Source of the DNA: an uncultured delta proteobacterium
GTDB taxonomy: Bacteria > Myxococcota > Myxococcia > Myxococcales > Anaeromyxobacteraceae
NCBI GenBank assembly: GCA_963814585.1
Contig: CAWFDF010000012.1
Location: 32,001-96,000 of the forward strand
Direction of reading: 5' to 3'
DNA length: 64,000 nt
A model generated the notes under the pieces. The model saw only the letters and a program-made list of their open reading frames with translations. It was not told the DNA's origin and did not search any database. This document shows, piece after piece, positions 37,934 through 48,273 of this stretch (its first letter is position 1; each line of letters starts with the position of its first letter). The position numbers and the translations under genes are program-made.

Positions 37934-40383
37934 GCGCGCCTCGGCCCGAAGGTCCGGCGCAGCCGCAGCGAGTTGGTGACCACGAAGGCGCTCGACGCCG
38001 CCATGGCGGCGGCGCCGACGATGGGGTGGAGCGCGCCGGCCACCGCCAGCGGGATGGCCACGACGTTGTAGAAGAAGGCCCAGAAGACGTTCTGCCCGAT
38101 GATCCCGGTGGCCCGCCGGCCGAGGCGGACCAGGTCCGGCAGCAGCGTGAGGTCGTCGCGCACCAGCACGGCGTCGGCGCTCTCCATGGTGACGTCGGTG
38201 CCGCGCCCCATGGCCACGCCGGCGTCGGCCTGGGTGAGCGCGGGGGCGTCGTTGATCCCGTCCCCGACCACCAGCACGCGCGCGCCGGCCGCCTGCCTGG
38301 CCGCCACCAGGGCCCGCTTCTGCTGGGGCGTCCGCCCGGCCTCGAACGGCACCCCCAGCCGGGCCGCCACCGCCGCCGTGGTGGCGTGGGCATCCCCGCT
38401 GACCAGGGTGACGCCGAGTCCCAGCGCGGCCAGCGCCGCCAGGGCGGCGGGCGCCTCCTCTCGGATCGGATCGGCCACCACCAGGAGCGCCTCGGCCCGA
38501 CCGGCGATCGCCAGCCACGCCACCGTGTCGCCCTCCGCCTCCGGCCCCGCCGCCAGCGCGGCCGCCGCCTCCTCGGAGGGGACCCCCTCCTCGGCGAGGA
38601 AGGCCGGGCTGCCGATCAGGACCGTCGAGCCGTCCACCCGGGCGGCCACGCCTCGCCCCGGCACCACCCGGAAGTCCTCCACCGCCGGCTCCGCCGCGGC
38701 CGGCAGCTCCCGCGCCGCGTCGACCACGGCGCGCCCGACGTGGTGCTCGCTGCGCCGCTCCAGCGCCGCGGCCAGCCGCAGGAGCGCCGCCTCGTCGCCA
38801 CCGCGGAGCGGGACGATGCGGCGCAGCGCGGGCCGGCCGCGCGTGACCGTGCCGGTCTTGTCCAGCACCACCTCGGTGGCCCGGCCCGCCGCCTCCAGCG
38901 CGTCGCCCCCCTTCACCAGGAGGCCGCGCGCGCTGGCCAGGCCGGTGGCCAGGAGGACCGCCACCGGGGTGGCCAGCCCCAGCGCACAGGGGCAGGCGAT
39001 CACCACCACGGCGATGGCGGAGAGGAGCGCCCGCTCGGGCGGCGCGCCGAGCCCGAGGTGTCCGGCCAGCGTGGCCACCCCCAGCAGCAGCACCGCCGGG
39101 ACGAAGATCCCCACCGCCCGGTCGGCCAGCGCCTGCAGGCGCGGCTTCTCGCCCTGCGCCTCCTCCACCGCCCGGATGATGCCCGCCAGCAGCGTGTCGG
39201 CGCCGACCCGCGTCACCTCGATGGTGAGCGCCCCGGCCAGGTTGATGGACCCGCCGATGACCGGGGCGCCGGGGTGCTTGGCGACCGGGCGCGACTCGCC
39301 GGTCACCAGCGCCTCGTCCGCCTCGGAGCGCCCCTCCAGCACCCGGCCGTCGAGCGGGATCCGCTCGCCCGGCACCACCTCGAGCCGGTCCCCGACCTGC
39401 ACCTCCTCGATGGGGACGCGCCGGCGGACCGGCCCGCCCTCGTCCCCCGCCGTGACCAGCAGCGCCTGGCTCGGCCGGAGCCTGGAGAGGCGGGCCACCG
39501 CCTCCGAGGCGGCCCGCCGGGCCCGGGCCTCCACGTACCGGCCGGTCAGGACCAGCGTCGGGATCATCGCGGCGGTGTCGCTCCAGACCTCGCCGCCGCG
39601 CAGCGCCTGCCAGACCGAGATGGCCAGCGCCGTGCCCGAGCCGAGCACCACCAGCGAGTCCATGTTGAACCGGCCGTGGCGCAGCCCGGCGAGCGTGGAG
39701 CGCCAGAACGGAGCCCCCGCCGAGAAGAGCACCGGCGCGGCCAGGCCGATGGAGATCCACTCCAGCAGCGAGCGGGTGGCGCGGTCCATGCCCTGGAAGT
39801 AGCCGGCGTAGAGCGCGGCCGAGTAGATCATCAGCTGGGAGGCGAGGAACCAGGCGGTCCCGACGCGGATGAGCAGGTCGCGCACCTCCTCGTCCCGGGC
39901 CCTGGCCTGATCCGACTCGCGCCAGGGGTGGGGCACGTAGCCGGCGGCCTGGACTCGCGCCAGCACGGCCGGGAGCGCGATGGTGGCCGGGGCGTAGCGG
40001 ATGCGGGCCCGGTGGGTCGCGTAGTTGACGCGGGCGGCGAGGACGCCGGGGGTGCGCTGCAGCACCCGCTCGTTGAGCCAGACGCAGGAGGCGCAGCGGA
40101 TGCCCTCGATGGCCACGTCGACCTCGGCGGTGCCGTCGGGCGCCTCCACCGGCCGGTAGGCCGGGAGGTCGCGGAGCGGCGCGGTCCCGGGGCGCGCCGC
40201 GGACGGCAACCCGGCGTCGTCCCATCGCCGCTCCCGGTAGAAGCGCCCCAGCCCCTCGTCGCGCACCAGCCGCCAGACGCCCAGGCAGCCGGCGCAGCAG
40301 AAGACGCGCTCCAGCTCCCCGTCGCGCTCCACCACCGCCTCGGCGTCGGGGAAGGCGGCCAGGCAGTGGTCACAGCGGCGCAT
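37930..40383 (-). CDS. ccoI: Cu-type P1B ATPase CcoI/FixI
   Basis: CDHC..FCCAGC, CASC, TGES, CPC, DKTGT, SEHH, GDGIND, YN; located in the cco operon. Confidence 0.92.
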   Translation of the reverse strand: MRRCDHCLAAFPDAEAVVERDGELERVFCCAGCLGVWRLVRDEGLGRFYRERRWDDAGLPSAARPGTAPLRDLPAYRPVEAPDGTAEVDVAIEGIRCASCVWLNERVLQRTPGVLAARVNYATHRARIRYAPATIALPAVLARVQAAGYVPHPWRESDQARARDEEVRDLLIRVGTAWFLASQLMIYSAALYAGYFQGMDRATRSLLEWISIGLAAPVLFSAGAPFWRSTLAGLRHGRFNMDSLVVLGSGTALAISVWQALRGGEVWSDTAAMIPTLVLTGRYVEARARRAASEAVARLSRLRPSQALLVTAGDEGGPVRRRVPIEEVQVGDRLEVVPGERIPLDGRVLEGRSEADEALVTGESRPVAKHPGAPVIGGSINLAGALTIEVTRVGADTLLAGIIRAVEEAQGEKPRLQALADRAVGIFVPAVLLLGVATLAGHLGLGAPPERALLSAIAVVVIACPCALGLATPVAVLLATGLASARGLLVKGGDALEAAGRATEVVLDKTGTVTRGRPALRRIVPLRGGDEAALLRLAAALERRSEHHVGRAVVDAARELPAAAEPAVEDFRVVPGRGVAARVDGSTVLIGSPAFLAEEGVPSEEAAAALAAGPEAEGDTVAWLAIAGRAEALLVVADPIREEAPAALAALAALGLGVTLVSGDAHATTAAVAARLGVPFEAGRTPQQKRALVAARQAAGARVLVVGDGINDAPALTQADAGVAMGRGTDVTMESADAVLVRDDLTLLPDLVRLGRRATGIIGQNVFWAFFYNVVAIPLAVAGALHPIVGAAAMAASSAFVVTNSLRLRRTFGPRRA

Positions 40384-41065
40384 GGAAGCCCAGCCCCCGC
40401 AGCAGGAAGAGCAGCCCGAGGCCGGCCACCAGCAGGCCGCTGGCCCGGGCCAGCCACCCGCGAGCCCGCCCACCGAGGAGCCCGCTCACGGCGCCGAGGA
40501 GGAGCAGACCGGGCACCGTGCCCAGCCCGAAGGCCAGCGCCAGCAGCAGCCCCTGGATCGGTCCGCCCGCCGCCGCCGCGCCGAGGAAGATGGTCCAGGA
40601 GACGCCGCACGGCAGCACGCCGAGCAGCAGGCCCAGCGGGTAGAGCGTGGCGCCGCTCCCGGCCACCCGCCGCACCGCCTCCACCACCCGCCCCGAGGCG
40701 CGGGCCTCCAGGCGTCGCAGCGCGGCGGTCAGGCCGGCGGCGCCGAGCCCGAGCAGGACCATGATCGCGCCGGCCAGCACCGCCACCACCTCGCCCACCC
40801 CGGCCAGCCGTCCGGCCACGTCGACGAAGGCGCCGGTGGCCCCCATCACCGCGCCCAGCAGGCCGTAGGTGGTGATCCGACCGAGGTGGTAGGGCAGCGT
40901 GCGCAGCGCCGCGCGCGCCCCGCCCGGCCCCGGGGCCGCCGCCAGGCCGAACGAGGCCACCAGCGGCCCGCACATGCCGAGGCAGTGGGAGAAGCCGGAG
41001 AGCAGGCCGGTGAGGGCCGCCGCGGAGAGCTGCGCCGCGCCGCCGCTGGCGGCCTCCAGGCTCAC
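40370..41065 (-). CDS. DsbD_2/TauE-like membrane protein of the cbb3 maturation cluster
   Basis: SHCLGMCGP, YHLGRITTY, GVLPCG, AFGLGT motifs. Confidence 0.87.
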   Translation of the reverse strand: MSLEAASGGAAQLSAAALTGLLSGFSHCLGMCGPLVASFGLAAAPGPGGARAALRTLPYHLGRITTYGLLGAVMGATGAFVDVAGRLAGVGEVVAVLAGAIMVLLGLGAAGLTAALRRLEARASGRVVEAVRRVAGSGATLYPLGLLLGVLPCGVSWTIFLGAAAAGGPIQGLLLALAFGLGTVPGLLLLGAVSGLLGGRARGWLARASGLLVAGLGLLFLLRGLGFHAPL

Positions 41066-41868
41066 TCACTCACCGTGAAGGGTACCTGGACCGAGGCGGG
41101 CGCCAGCCCGGCGGCCCGCACCGTGACGCTGGCGATCCAGTCCTTGCGCCCGCTGCCGCACCGGACCAGCACGCCCTTCCCCAGGTAGCGGCCCGGCCCG
41201 GCGGCCACCAGGACCACCCGGTTCTCGCCCATGTTCATGTCCCTCATGGCGAAGGCCACCTCCACGGCGGCGCCCTCGGCCGGCGCCCCGTCGCGCCGCA
41301 CCTCCACGGCGACGGGCAGGTCCTTCATGGTGATCAGGGCGCGCCCCAGGTCGAGGGTGATGCCGAGCCCGCCCGCCTGGAAGGTGCAGGGGGCGGCCGC
41401 CAGGTCGCAGGGCCCGGCCCCGGCCGCCTCGACGCGGACCTGCTGCACCAGGCCGACCACGTCGTCGCCGCGCCTCACGTCGAGCCGGACGTCCCAGAAC
41501 CCGGGTCCCGTGAAGCCGACCGGCGCCTGGTATCGCCCGCTCCCGAGCGTCCGGGCCTGGCCGCTCCGGTCGCCACCGCCCCCGGCCGGCCGGGTCACCG
41601 CCACCTGGACGACCGCCCCGTCCACGGGCTGGCCGGCCCTGTCCACCAGCGTGAAGCCGAGGGCCTCGCCGCCGGGGCGCAGCCCATCCGGATCGAAGGT
41701 GGCGCGGAAGCCCAGGCGGGCGCGCACCGCGCGGTCGCGATCGTAGCGGAGCCCGTGCTCGTAGGGGTCGGTGACCACGGTGGGCTCGGCCAGGTGGCTG
41801 CCCACGTAGACGGTGATCCCGATGATCGCCAGGATCACCGAGACCAGCACCGCCAGCACGATCTTCAT
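41062..41868 (-). CDS. FixH/CcoH-family protein with two YtkA-like domains
   Basis: N-terminal TM, VTDPYEHGLRYD, GRY..PGFWDV, AMRDMNMGEN. Confidence 0.75.
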   Translation of the reverse strand: MKIVLAVLVSVILAIIGITVYVGSHLAEPTVVTDPYEHGLRYDRDRAVRARLGFRATFDPDGLRPGGEALGFTLVDRAGQPVDGAVVQVAVTRPAGGGGDRSGQARTLGSGRYQAPVGFTGPGFWDVRLDVRRGDDVVGLVQQVRVEAAGAGPCDLAAAPCTFQAGGLGITLDLGRALITMKDLPVAVEVRRDGAPAEGAAVEVAFAMRDMNMGENRVVLVAAGPGRYLGKGVLVRCGSGRKDWIASVTVRAAGLAPASVQVPFTVSE

Positions 41869-43094
41869 GGGGCCTCCGGGATGACCAGCAGGATGGGCGA
41901 CGACCGGGTGACGGGGCGGGTCCCCGCGCCCGAGGCGCTGGCGGTGAGCGTGGCGCTGGAGCGGCCGGGCGCGCCGCCGGCGGTCACCACCAGCCGCAGC
42001 CGCCGGTGCTCCCCGGCCTCCAGGCCGACGCGGTCCGGCCGGGCGGTCACCTCCAGCCCGGGCGCCTCGACCGAGAGGCGCACCTCGACGGCCCCGCGGG
42101 CCCGGTTCTCCAGGGTCACCGTGTAGGCGTCCAGGGCGCGGCCGTCGGGGCCGAGGCGCGGCGCGAAGTCACTGGCCGGCACCACCGCCAGGTCGAGCGT
42201 GTCGTGGCTGGCGGCGCGGGCGGCCCAGGCGGTGCCGGCCAGGGACAGCACGGTCCCCAGCGCCAGCGCCACGGTGGCCGGACGCAGCAGCCGGCGCGGC
42301 CGGCCCGGCTCGCCGAAGAAGTAGCCGACGAGGTCGGGGGGCCGCCTCAGCTTGAGCATGATGGGGCGGCAGGCGTCGATGCACTCGGCGCAGGCGATGC
42401 ACTCCATCTGCAGCCCGTCGCGGATGTCGATGCCGGTGGGGCAGCAGCGGACGCAGGCGCCGCAGTCGATGCAGTCGCCGGCTCGCCGCCGGTCGTAGGC
42501 CACCACCAGCGTGCCCGGGTCGTAGAGCACGCCCTGGAGCTTGGCGTACGGGCAGGCCGTGGCGCAGAAGCCCGCCCGCAGGAAGGCCAGGTCGAGGTAG
42601 AGGACCGCGGAGAGGACCGCCCAGGATCCGCCGGCCACGGGCCCGAGCCGGCCGGCCGCCAGGTCGCCCAGGAACTCGAGCGGGGGCACGAAGTACCAGA
42701 CGGTGGCGGCCCCGAAGACCACCGACACCAGCGCGGTGAGGGCGAAGCCGGCGGCGCGTCGCAGCGGTCGCCTCCGCTTCCCGGCCGCCGGCTGCACCAG
42801 CCGGGTCAGGTCGGCCAGCACGGTCTGGGGACAGGACCAGCCGCACCAGACCCGCCCGAAGGCCACGGTGACCGCCAGGAAGAGGAAGGCCAGGAAGATG
42901 GTGGCCGGCAGCAGGACGAAGAACTCGTCCATGGCCAGCACCGCGCCGAAGGCGTGGAGCCTCAGCGAGGGGACGTCGAAGCGCAGGGCGCTCTCACCCC
43001 CAACGCGGAGGAAGGGCAGCGCCAGGAACAGGAGTCCCTGGGCTGCCCCCGCCGTGCGGCGCCACCGCTGGATCGACCCGCTACCCGTCGTCAT
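41865..43094 (-). CDS. ccoG: CcoG/FixG-family 4Fe-4S membrane protein
   Basis: GRVWCGWSCPQT, FCATACPY, CIDCGACVRCCPTGIDIRDGLQMECIACAECIDAC. Confidence 0.92.
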   Translation of the reverse strand: MTTGSGSIQRWRRTAGAAQGLLFLALPFLRVGGESALRFDVPSLRLHAFGAVLAMDEFFVLLPATIFLAFLFLAVTVAFGRVWCGWSCPQTVLADLTRLVQPAAGKRRRPLRRAAGFALTALVSVVFGAATVWYFVPPLEFLGDLAAGRLGPVAGGSWAVLSAVLYLDLAFLRAGFCATACPYAKLQGVLYDPGTLVVAYDRRRAGDCIDCGACVRCCPTGIDIRDGLQMECIACAECIDACRPIMLKLRRPPDLVGYFFGEPGRPRRLLRPATVALALGTVLSLAGTAWAARAASHDTLDLAVVPASDFAPRLGPDGRALDAYTVTLENRARGAVEVRLSVEAPGLEVTARPDRVGLEAGEHRRLRLVVTAGGAPGRSSATLTASASGAGTRPVTRSSPILLVIPEAP

Positions 43095-43221
43095 CGAGCA
43101 TCTTGTACTTCGCCTGCTCCCCGGTTTCACGGCGCTTGCGGGAGTAGAGGAAGACCCAGATGCCGAGCAGGCCCAGGCAGAGGGTGAGCCCGACGAGCAG
43201 GTAGAAGGTGTCCGGCGCCAT
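43081..43221 (-). CDS. ccoQ: cbb3 oxidase small subunit CcoQ-like (46 aa)
   Basis: Single TM then YSRKRRETGEQAKYKMLDDD. Confidence 0.72.
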   Translation of the reverse strand: MAPDTFYLLVGLTLCLGLLGIWVFLYSRKRRETGEQAKYKMLDDDG

Positions 43222-43229
43222 GGAAGGGC

Positions 43230-43511
43230 TCAGGCCTTCGGGCGACGCTGCAGCATGAAGAGCACGACGGCGGCCGCGGTGGGGAGGGCCGTGAACAGGA
43301 TGGTCATGGTGACGTTCCCGCCCACCTCCGGAGAGACGCTCTGGAGCTCGCCGGCCTGGGTCCAGCCGGTGCTCCAGGGCGAGTAGGTGAAGAGGTAGTA
43401 GACGCCCCAGATGACCAGGCCCCAGAAGAGGACCTGCCAGCCGATGGGAACGCTGCGGGCCGTCGCCTTGGCCTCCATGGCCTCGGCGGTGTCGGGAAGC
43501 TCGTTGTCCAT
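43230..43511 (-). CDS. heme-less CcoP N-terminal-domain protein
   Basis: VPIGWQVLFWGLVIWGVYY resembles the FixP/CcoP N-terminal helix; second TM; no CxxCH. Confidence 0.7.
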   Translation of the reverse strand: MDNELPDTAEAMEAKATARSVPIGWQVLFWGLVIWGVYYLFTYSPWSTGWTQAGELQSVSPEVGGNVTMTILFTALPTAAAVVLFMLQRRPKA

Positions 43512-43525
43512 GGTGTCCCCTCCTC

Positions 43526-44521
43526 TCACTTCTTCTTCTCGGCCGGCGGCTCGTCGTGCCCCTCGGCGGCCTCGTGGGCCTTCTGGTTCCGGAGCCAGCT
43601 GATGATCGACCAGATCTCCTCCTTCTTGAGCTGGCCCTTCCTCCCGTAGGCGTCCATCCCGCCGCCCGGATCACCGGTGCGCCCGGCGATGGGCTTGGCG
43701 TCCGAGCCGCCGTCGATCATGGCGAAGTAGGCGCCGTCGGGCAGGTCGCCCTTCACGCCGAGGAACTCGTCGTCGATGAGGCTGGGGGCGATGTCCCTGG
43801 TCCCCTGGCCCTCGTCGCCGTGGCAGACGGCGCAGCTCTCGAGGAAGAGCCTCTTGCCGAGCACCACCGCCTGCGTGTCGTGCGCCAGCGGGTTCTCCAG
43901 GGCCAGGTCCGCGGCCGCGACCTGCCGGCGCTGGACCGCCGTGCCGAGCGACTGCATGTAGGCCACCAGCGCGTCCAGCTCGTCCTTGCCGGCGACCTCG
44001 GCCCGGACCTGGGCCAGGTCGGGCTTGAGCTCCGGGTGGACGCTGGCCAGGGCCCTCAGGTGCGCGAACACCTCGGCCGGGTCGAGCGCCCGTCCCTTCA
44101 GCCAGCCGTAGGCCGGCATGTTCGACCTCGGGAAGAAGGCCTGCGGGTTGGCGAAGTGGTCGTGCTGCCACCGGTCCGGCCGCAGCCCGCCCTCGCGGGC
44201 CAGGTCCGGCCCGGTGCGCTTCGAGCCCCACAGGAAGGGGTGCTCGTAGGCGAACTCACCGGCCCTGGAGTAGTCGCCGTAGCGCGCCACCTCGCTGGGC
44301 AGCGGGCGGATCATCTGGGTGTGGCACCCCACGCAGCCCTCGCGCTGGTAGACGTCGCGCCCGGCCAGCTGCAGGGCGGTGGGCGGCTTGAGGTTGTCCA
44401 GCCTCGGGTGCATGTCGGCCCGCAGCATGGGGTAGGCCATGGTCACCACCGATCCGACGAGGATCGCGGCGGTGGCCATGACGGCGAAGGTGATGGGGTT
44501 CCTGTAGATCGCGCCAGCCAT
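43526..44521 (-). CDS. ccoO: cbb3 oxidase subunit II fused to an extra cytochrome c domain
   Basis: GRDVYQREGCVGCHTQMIRP, WGSKRTGPDL, SNMPAY; second heme site CAVCH. Confidence 0.92.
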   Translation of the reverse strand: MAGAIYRNPITFAVMATAAILVGSVVTMAYPMLRADMHPRLDNLKPPTALQLAGRDVYQREGCVGCHTQMIRPLPSEVARYGDYSRAGEFAYEHPFLWGSKRTGPDLAREGGLRPDRWQHDHFANPQAFFPRSNMPAYGWLKGRALDPAEVFAHLRALASVHPELKPDLAQVRAEVAGKDELDALVAYMQSLGTAVQRRQVAAADLALENPLAHDTQAVVLGKRLFLESCAVCHGDEGQGTRDIAPSLIDDEFLGVKGDLPDGAYFAMIDGGSDAKPIAGRTGDPGGGMDAYGRKGQLKKEEIWSIISWLRNQKAHEAAEGHDEPPAEKKK

Positions 44522-44536
44522 GGTGGTCCCCCCTCC

Positions 44537-45943
44537 CTACGCCGCCACCGGGGAGGAGGCCGGCTGCGCCTTCCCCTTCCGGATGGTCATGAGGACGTTG
44601 TAGATGAAGAAGAGCATGCCGACCGTGAAGATGATCCCGGCCAGCGTGCGGGTGTGCCAGTACGGGTAGTTCTTCACCAGCGACTCGACGAAGGTGTACT
44701 TGAGCGTGCCGTCGGCGTTGGTGGCCTTCCACATGGCGCCCTGCTGGATGCCGGTGATCCACATGGTCACCGAGAAGAGCAGCTGCCCCACCAGCACCAG
44801 CCAGAAGTGGATGTTGGCGATCCGCTCCGAGTAGATGCTGGTCCCGTGGATCTTCGGGATCACGTAGTAGATGGAGGCGCAGGCGGTCATGGTCACCCAC
44901 CCCATGGTGCCCATGTGCACGTGGCCGGGCAGCCAGTCGGTGGCGTGGATCAGCTGCGAGACGACGCGGATGGCCTGGGTCGGCCCCTGCACGGTCTGCA
45001 GGCCGTAGAAGGTGATGCCCAGGATGAAGAACTTGGCGAGGTAGTTGGTCCTCATCTTCGACCAGTCGGCGCCCACCGTGTAGTAGCCGTTGATGACCGA
45101 GCCCCAGGACGGCGCGATGAGGAAGATGGTGAAGACGATGCCCAGCGTCTGCAGCCAGTCGGGGATGGGCGAGTAGACGAGGTGATGGGCGCCGGTCCAC
45201 ATGTAGCCGAAGACCAGCGACCAGAAGGCCAGGATGGAGAGCCGGTGGCTGAAGAGCGGCAGGCCCAGCGCCTTGGGCATGAAGTAGAAGAACATGGCCA
45301 GGAACGGGGTGGTGAAGAGGAAGCCCACCGCGTTGTGGCCGTACCACCACTCGACGTTGGCGGAGTTGAGCCCGGCGAACAGGTGGTAGCTCTTGGTCCA
45401 GCCGGCCGGGATGGAGAGGTTGTTGACGATGTAGAGGACGGCGATGGCGATGACGGTCGCGATGGTGTACCAGAGCGCCACGTACATCTGCTCGTTCTTG
45501 CGCTTGATGATGGTCGCGAAGACGTTCACCGCGAACATCACCCAGAGGACGACGACGCCGATGTCGAGCGGCCACTCCAGCTCGGCGTACTCGTTCGACT
45601 GCGTGTAGCCCATGAAGAGCGAGAGCGCCGCCGCGGCGATGGCCACGTTGAAGATCCAGAGCTGCACCCTGGCCAGGCGGGGGAAGACCAGCGGCCTCCC
45701 GGACAGGCGCATCACCACGTAGAAGAGCAGGCCGAAGACGGCCCCGACTCCGAGGCCGAAGGCCAGCCCGTTGGTGTGGACCACCCGCAGGCGGCCGTAG
45801 GTGAGGTACGGGGCGAAGTTGGCCGCCGGGGCCCAGAGCTGGATGGAGATGAGGAGCCCGACGAGGATCCCCACGACACCCCAGAAGATGGCCGAGAGGA
45901 TGAACCCCTGGACCGTCTGGTTGTCGTACCGATAGTCGTTCAT
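44537..45943 (-). CDS. ccoN: cbb3 oxidase subunit I
   Basis: YGRLRVVHTN, EYAELEW, WWYGHNAVGF, YMWTGAHHL, GHVH; SD GGAGGA. Confidence 0.96.
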   Translation of the reverse strand: MNDYRYDNQTVQGFILSAIFWGVVGILVGLLISIQLWAPAANFAPYLTYGRLRVVHTNGLAFGLGVGAVFGLLFYVVMRLSGRPLVFPRLARVQLWIFNVAIAAAALSLFMGYTQSNEYAELEWPLDIGVVVLWVMFAVNVFATIIKRKNEQMYVALWYTIATVIAIAVLYIVNNLSIPAGWTKSYHLFAGLNSANVEWWYGHNAVGFLFTTPFLAMFFYFMPKALGLPLFSHRLSILAFWSLVFGYMWTGAHHLVYSPIPDWLQTLGIVFTIFLIAPSWGSVINGYYTVGADWSKMRTNYLAKFFILGITFYGLQTVQGPTQAIRVVSQLIHATDWLPGHVHMGTMGWVTMTACASIYYVIPKIHGTSIYSERIANIHFWLVLVGQLLFSVTMWITGIQQGAMWKATNADGTLKYTFVESLVKNYPYWHTRTLAGIIFTVGMLFFIYNVLMTIRKGKAQPASSPVAA

Positions 45944-46057
45944 GATGCGCTGTCCTCCGGTGCGAGGCGGGAACTGCGGGCGCCAAGCTAGCCGGAGCGG
46001 CGCCGCGGCGGAAGCGCGCAATTGGGCCGTGACGCCTCGTGAATTGAGACCGGTTCC

Positions 46058-46081
46058 CAGATCAAGAGCGCGCTTGATCTG
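46058..46081. promoter_or_regulatory. perfect inverted repeat upstream of ccoN, candidate regulator site
   Basis: CAGATCAAG-agcgcg-CTTGATCTG in a locally AT-enriched patch; contains FNR-type half sites (TTGAT). Confidence 0.5.
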
Positions 46082-46121
46082 CGGTGGTGGTCGGCCCGCG
46101 GGCCGGCCCGCCCGCGCCACC

Positions 46122-48125
46122 TCAGCCGGCGCGCCGGACGTCGATCCGGTTGTCGTAGAAGGTCGAGCCGCCCGCCTCGTCGGTGAGCCGCTGCGAGGTG
46201 AGCGCGTTGACGTTGCGGCCGCCGGGCGTGTCGCGGATCCAGTGGACCCCCTCCACCACCGCCAGCCCGTCCGGCACCTCCGCCGTCACCTCGGCCTGCA
46301 TGGTCACCTCGCCCAGCTCGTTGAAGGCGACCACGCGCGCACCGCCGGTGATGCCCCGTGCCGAGGCCTCCGCGGGCGAGAGCCGGACCCGCAGCGGACC
46401 GCGCTTGCCGGCGAGGTCGTCGCGGTCCATGAAGGTGGAGTTGAGCGAGTAGAGGGCCGGCCCGGTCTGGAGCCGGAGCGGGAGCGCCCCCTCGCCGGCG
46501 TGGGTGGGCAGGAGGCGCGGCAGCGGCTCCCGGTGGCGCGGGTTGAGCAGCTCCACCTTGCCCGACGGGGTCCGCCAGCGCGGCCCGGGCGGCGGCCTGA
46601 GCGTCACCGGGTGGCCGGCGGCGAGGGCGGCGACGTCGAGGCCGGCGAGCCACGGCGACGGCGCCGCCAGCAGCAGGTCGATGACGCCGTCGGCGTCGAG
46701 GTCGAAGGGCGAGCCGTCGAAGCCGAAGGCGCGCGCCAGGCGGCGGAACAGGTCCCAGTTGGGCAGCGCCTCGCCGAGCGGCGCCACCGCCGGCCTGGCC
46801 CGCTGCACCACGTAGTGGCCGTAGGAGCGATACAGGTCGGCGTGCTCCAGCGAGGTGGTGGCCGGCAGCAGCACGTCGGCGAAGCGGGCGGTGTCGGTGA
46901 GGAAGCGCTCGTGGACCACGGTGAAGAGGTCCTCCCGGGCCAGCCCGCGCAGCACCGCATTCTGGTCGGGGGCCACCGCCGCCGGGTTGGAGGCGTAGAC
47001 GCAGATCGACATGACCCTCGGATCGGCGAGCTCGCCGAGCGCCTGGCCGAGCCGGTTCATGTTGATGGTGCGCGCCGGTCGCTCCATGAGGTCGGGACGG
47101 GTGAAGGCGGTGATGGGGAACGCCGCGCCGCTCGAGGCCCCCCAGTAGAAGCCGCCTCCCCCGGCCATCACGCCGGACACCGCCGCCAGCGCGGCGATGG
47201 AGCGGACGTTCATGGCCCCGTTGCCGTAGCGGCTCAGTCCCTCGCCGATGCGGATGACCGGCGCCGTGGCGGCGGCCAGGCCGCGGGCCAGGTCGAGCAG
47301 CGCCGCCTCGTCGAGCCCGGTCAGCGCCGTGGTCCGCGCCGGCGGGTGGTCGGCCAGCGCCGCGGCGCGCAGCTCGGGCCAGCCCTGCGCCTCGGCGGCG
47401 AGGAACCCCTCCGCCGCCAGCCCGTCCCGCGCCAGCAGGTGGATGAGGCCGAGGCAGAGGGCGCCGTCCGAGCCGGGCTTGACCGCGAAGACCCTGTCGA
47501 CCACCGCCGCGGTGGCGGTCCGGTGGGTGTCGACCAGCCAGACGCGCGCGCCCTTCCTCCTCGCCTCCTTCACGTAGGGCAGGAGGTGGAGGTTGGCGGC
47601 GACGGCGTTGACCCCCCAGAGGACGACCAGGTCTCCTCGGGCCACCACCGACGGGTCGAGCCCGGGCGTGTCGCCGAGGATGGCCTTGATGCCGGCGTCC
47701 TTGGCCGGCGAGCAGATGGTCCTCGCCAGCTGCGAGGCGCCCAGCCGGTGGAAGAAGGCGTGGCCGGCGTTGCGCTGCACCAGGCCCATGGTCCCGGCGT
47801 AGGAGTAGGGCAGGATCGCCTCGGGGCCGTGCTCCGCCGCGATCGCCTTCCAGCGCCCGACGACGAGGGCGATGGCCTCGTCCCAGGAGGCGCGCCGGAA
47901 CTTCCCCTCCCCCTTGGCCCCGGTCCGCAGGAGCGGGTGGGTGAGCCGGTCCGGGTGATTCACGGTCCGTTCATAGTGGACCATCTTGGGGCAGAGCGAC
48001 CCCCTCGAGTACGGATGGGCGTCGTTGCCGCGGACGGCGATGACCCGTCCTCCCTCCACCTCGGCGAGGAGCCCGCAGCAGTCGGGGCAGTCGTAGGGGC
48101 AGGCGGAAGGGACGAGCGTGGCCAT
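46122..48125 (-). CDS. DMSO-reductase-family molybdopterin oxidoreductase, cytoplasmic
   Basis: CPYDCPDCC..LCPK Fe-S motif, YSYAGTMG, TICSPA, FLTDTARFADVLLPA, TPSGKVEL; no Tat signal. Confidence 0.9.
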   Translation of the reverse strand: MATLVPSACPYDCPDCCGLLAEVEGGRVIAVRGNDAHPYSRGSLCPKMVHYERTVNHPDRLTHPLLRTGAKGEGKFRRASWDEAIALVVGRWKAIAAEHGPEAILPYSYAGTMGLVQRNAGHAFFHRLGASQLARTICSPAKDAGIKAILGDTPGLDPSVVARGDLVVLWGVNAVAANLHLLPYVKEARRKGARVWLVDTHRTATAAVVDRVFAVKPGSDGALCLGLIHLLARDGLAAEGFLAAEAQGWPELRAAALADHPPARTTALTGLDEAALLDLARGLAAATAPVIRIGEGLSRYGNGAMNVRSIAALAAVSGVMAGGGGFYWGASSGAAFPITAFTRPDLMERPARTINMNRLGQALGELADPRVMSICVYASNPAAVAPDQNAVLRGLAREDLFTVVHERFLTDTARFADVLLPATTSLEHADLYRSYGHYVVQRARPAVAPLGEALPNWDLFRRLARAFGFDGSPFDLDADGVIDLLLAAPSPWLAGLDVAALAAGHPVTLRPPPGPRWRTPSGKVELLNPRHREPLPRLLPTHAGEGALPLRLQTGPALYSLNSTFMDRDDLAGKRGPLRVRLSPAEASARGITGGARVVAFNELGEVTMQAEVTAEVPDGLAVVEGVHWIRDTPGGRNVNALTSQRLTDEAGGSTFYDNRIDVRRAG

Positions 48126-48273
48126 GGCGGACAATCTAGCTCGAACCGCCGGCCGGCGCCGGCCCTCCCGCCGGCCGGACGCCCGTCGCGCCCGGTCGCC
48201 GCGGTGCTCCCTCCAACCAGGCGCCCGCCGCGCCCGGAGGCGGCCGCCGAGGTGGTGGGTGACTTGCCGCGGG

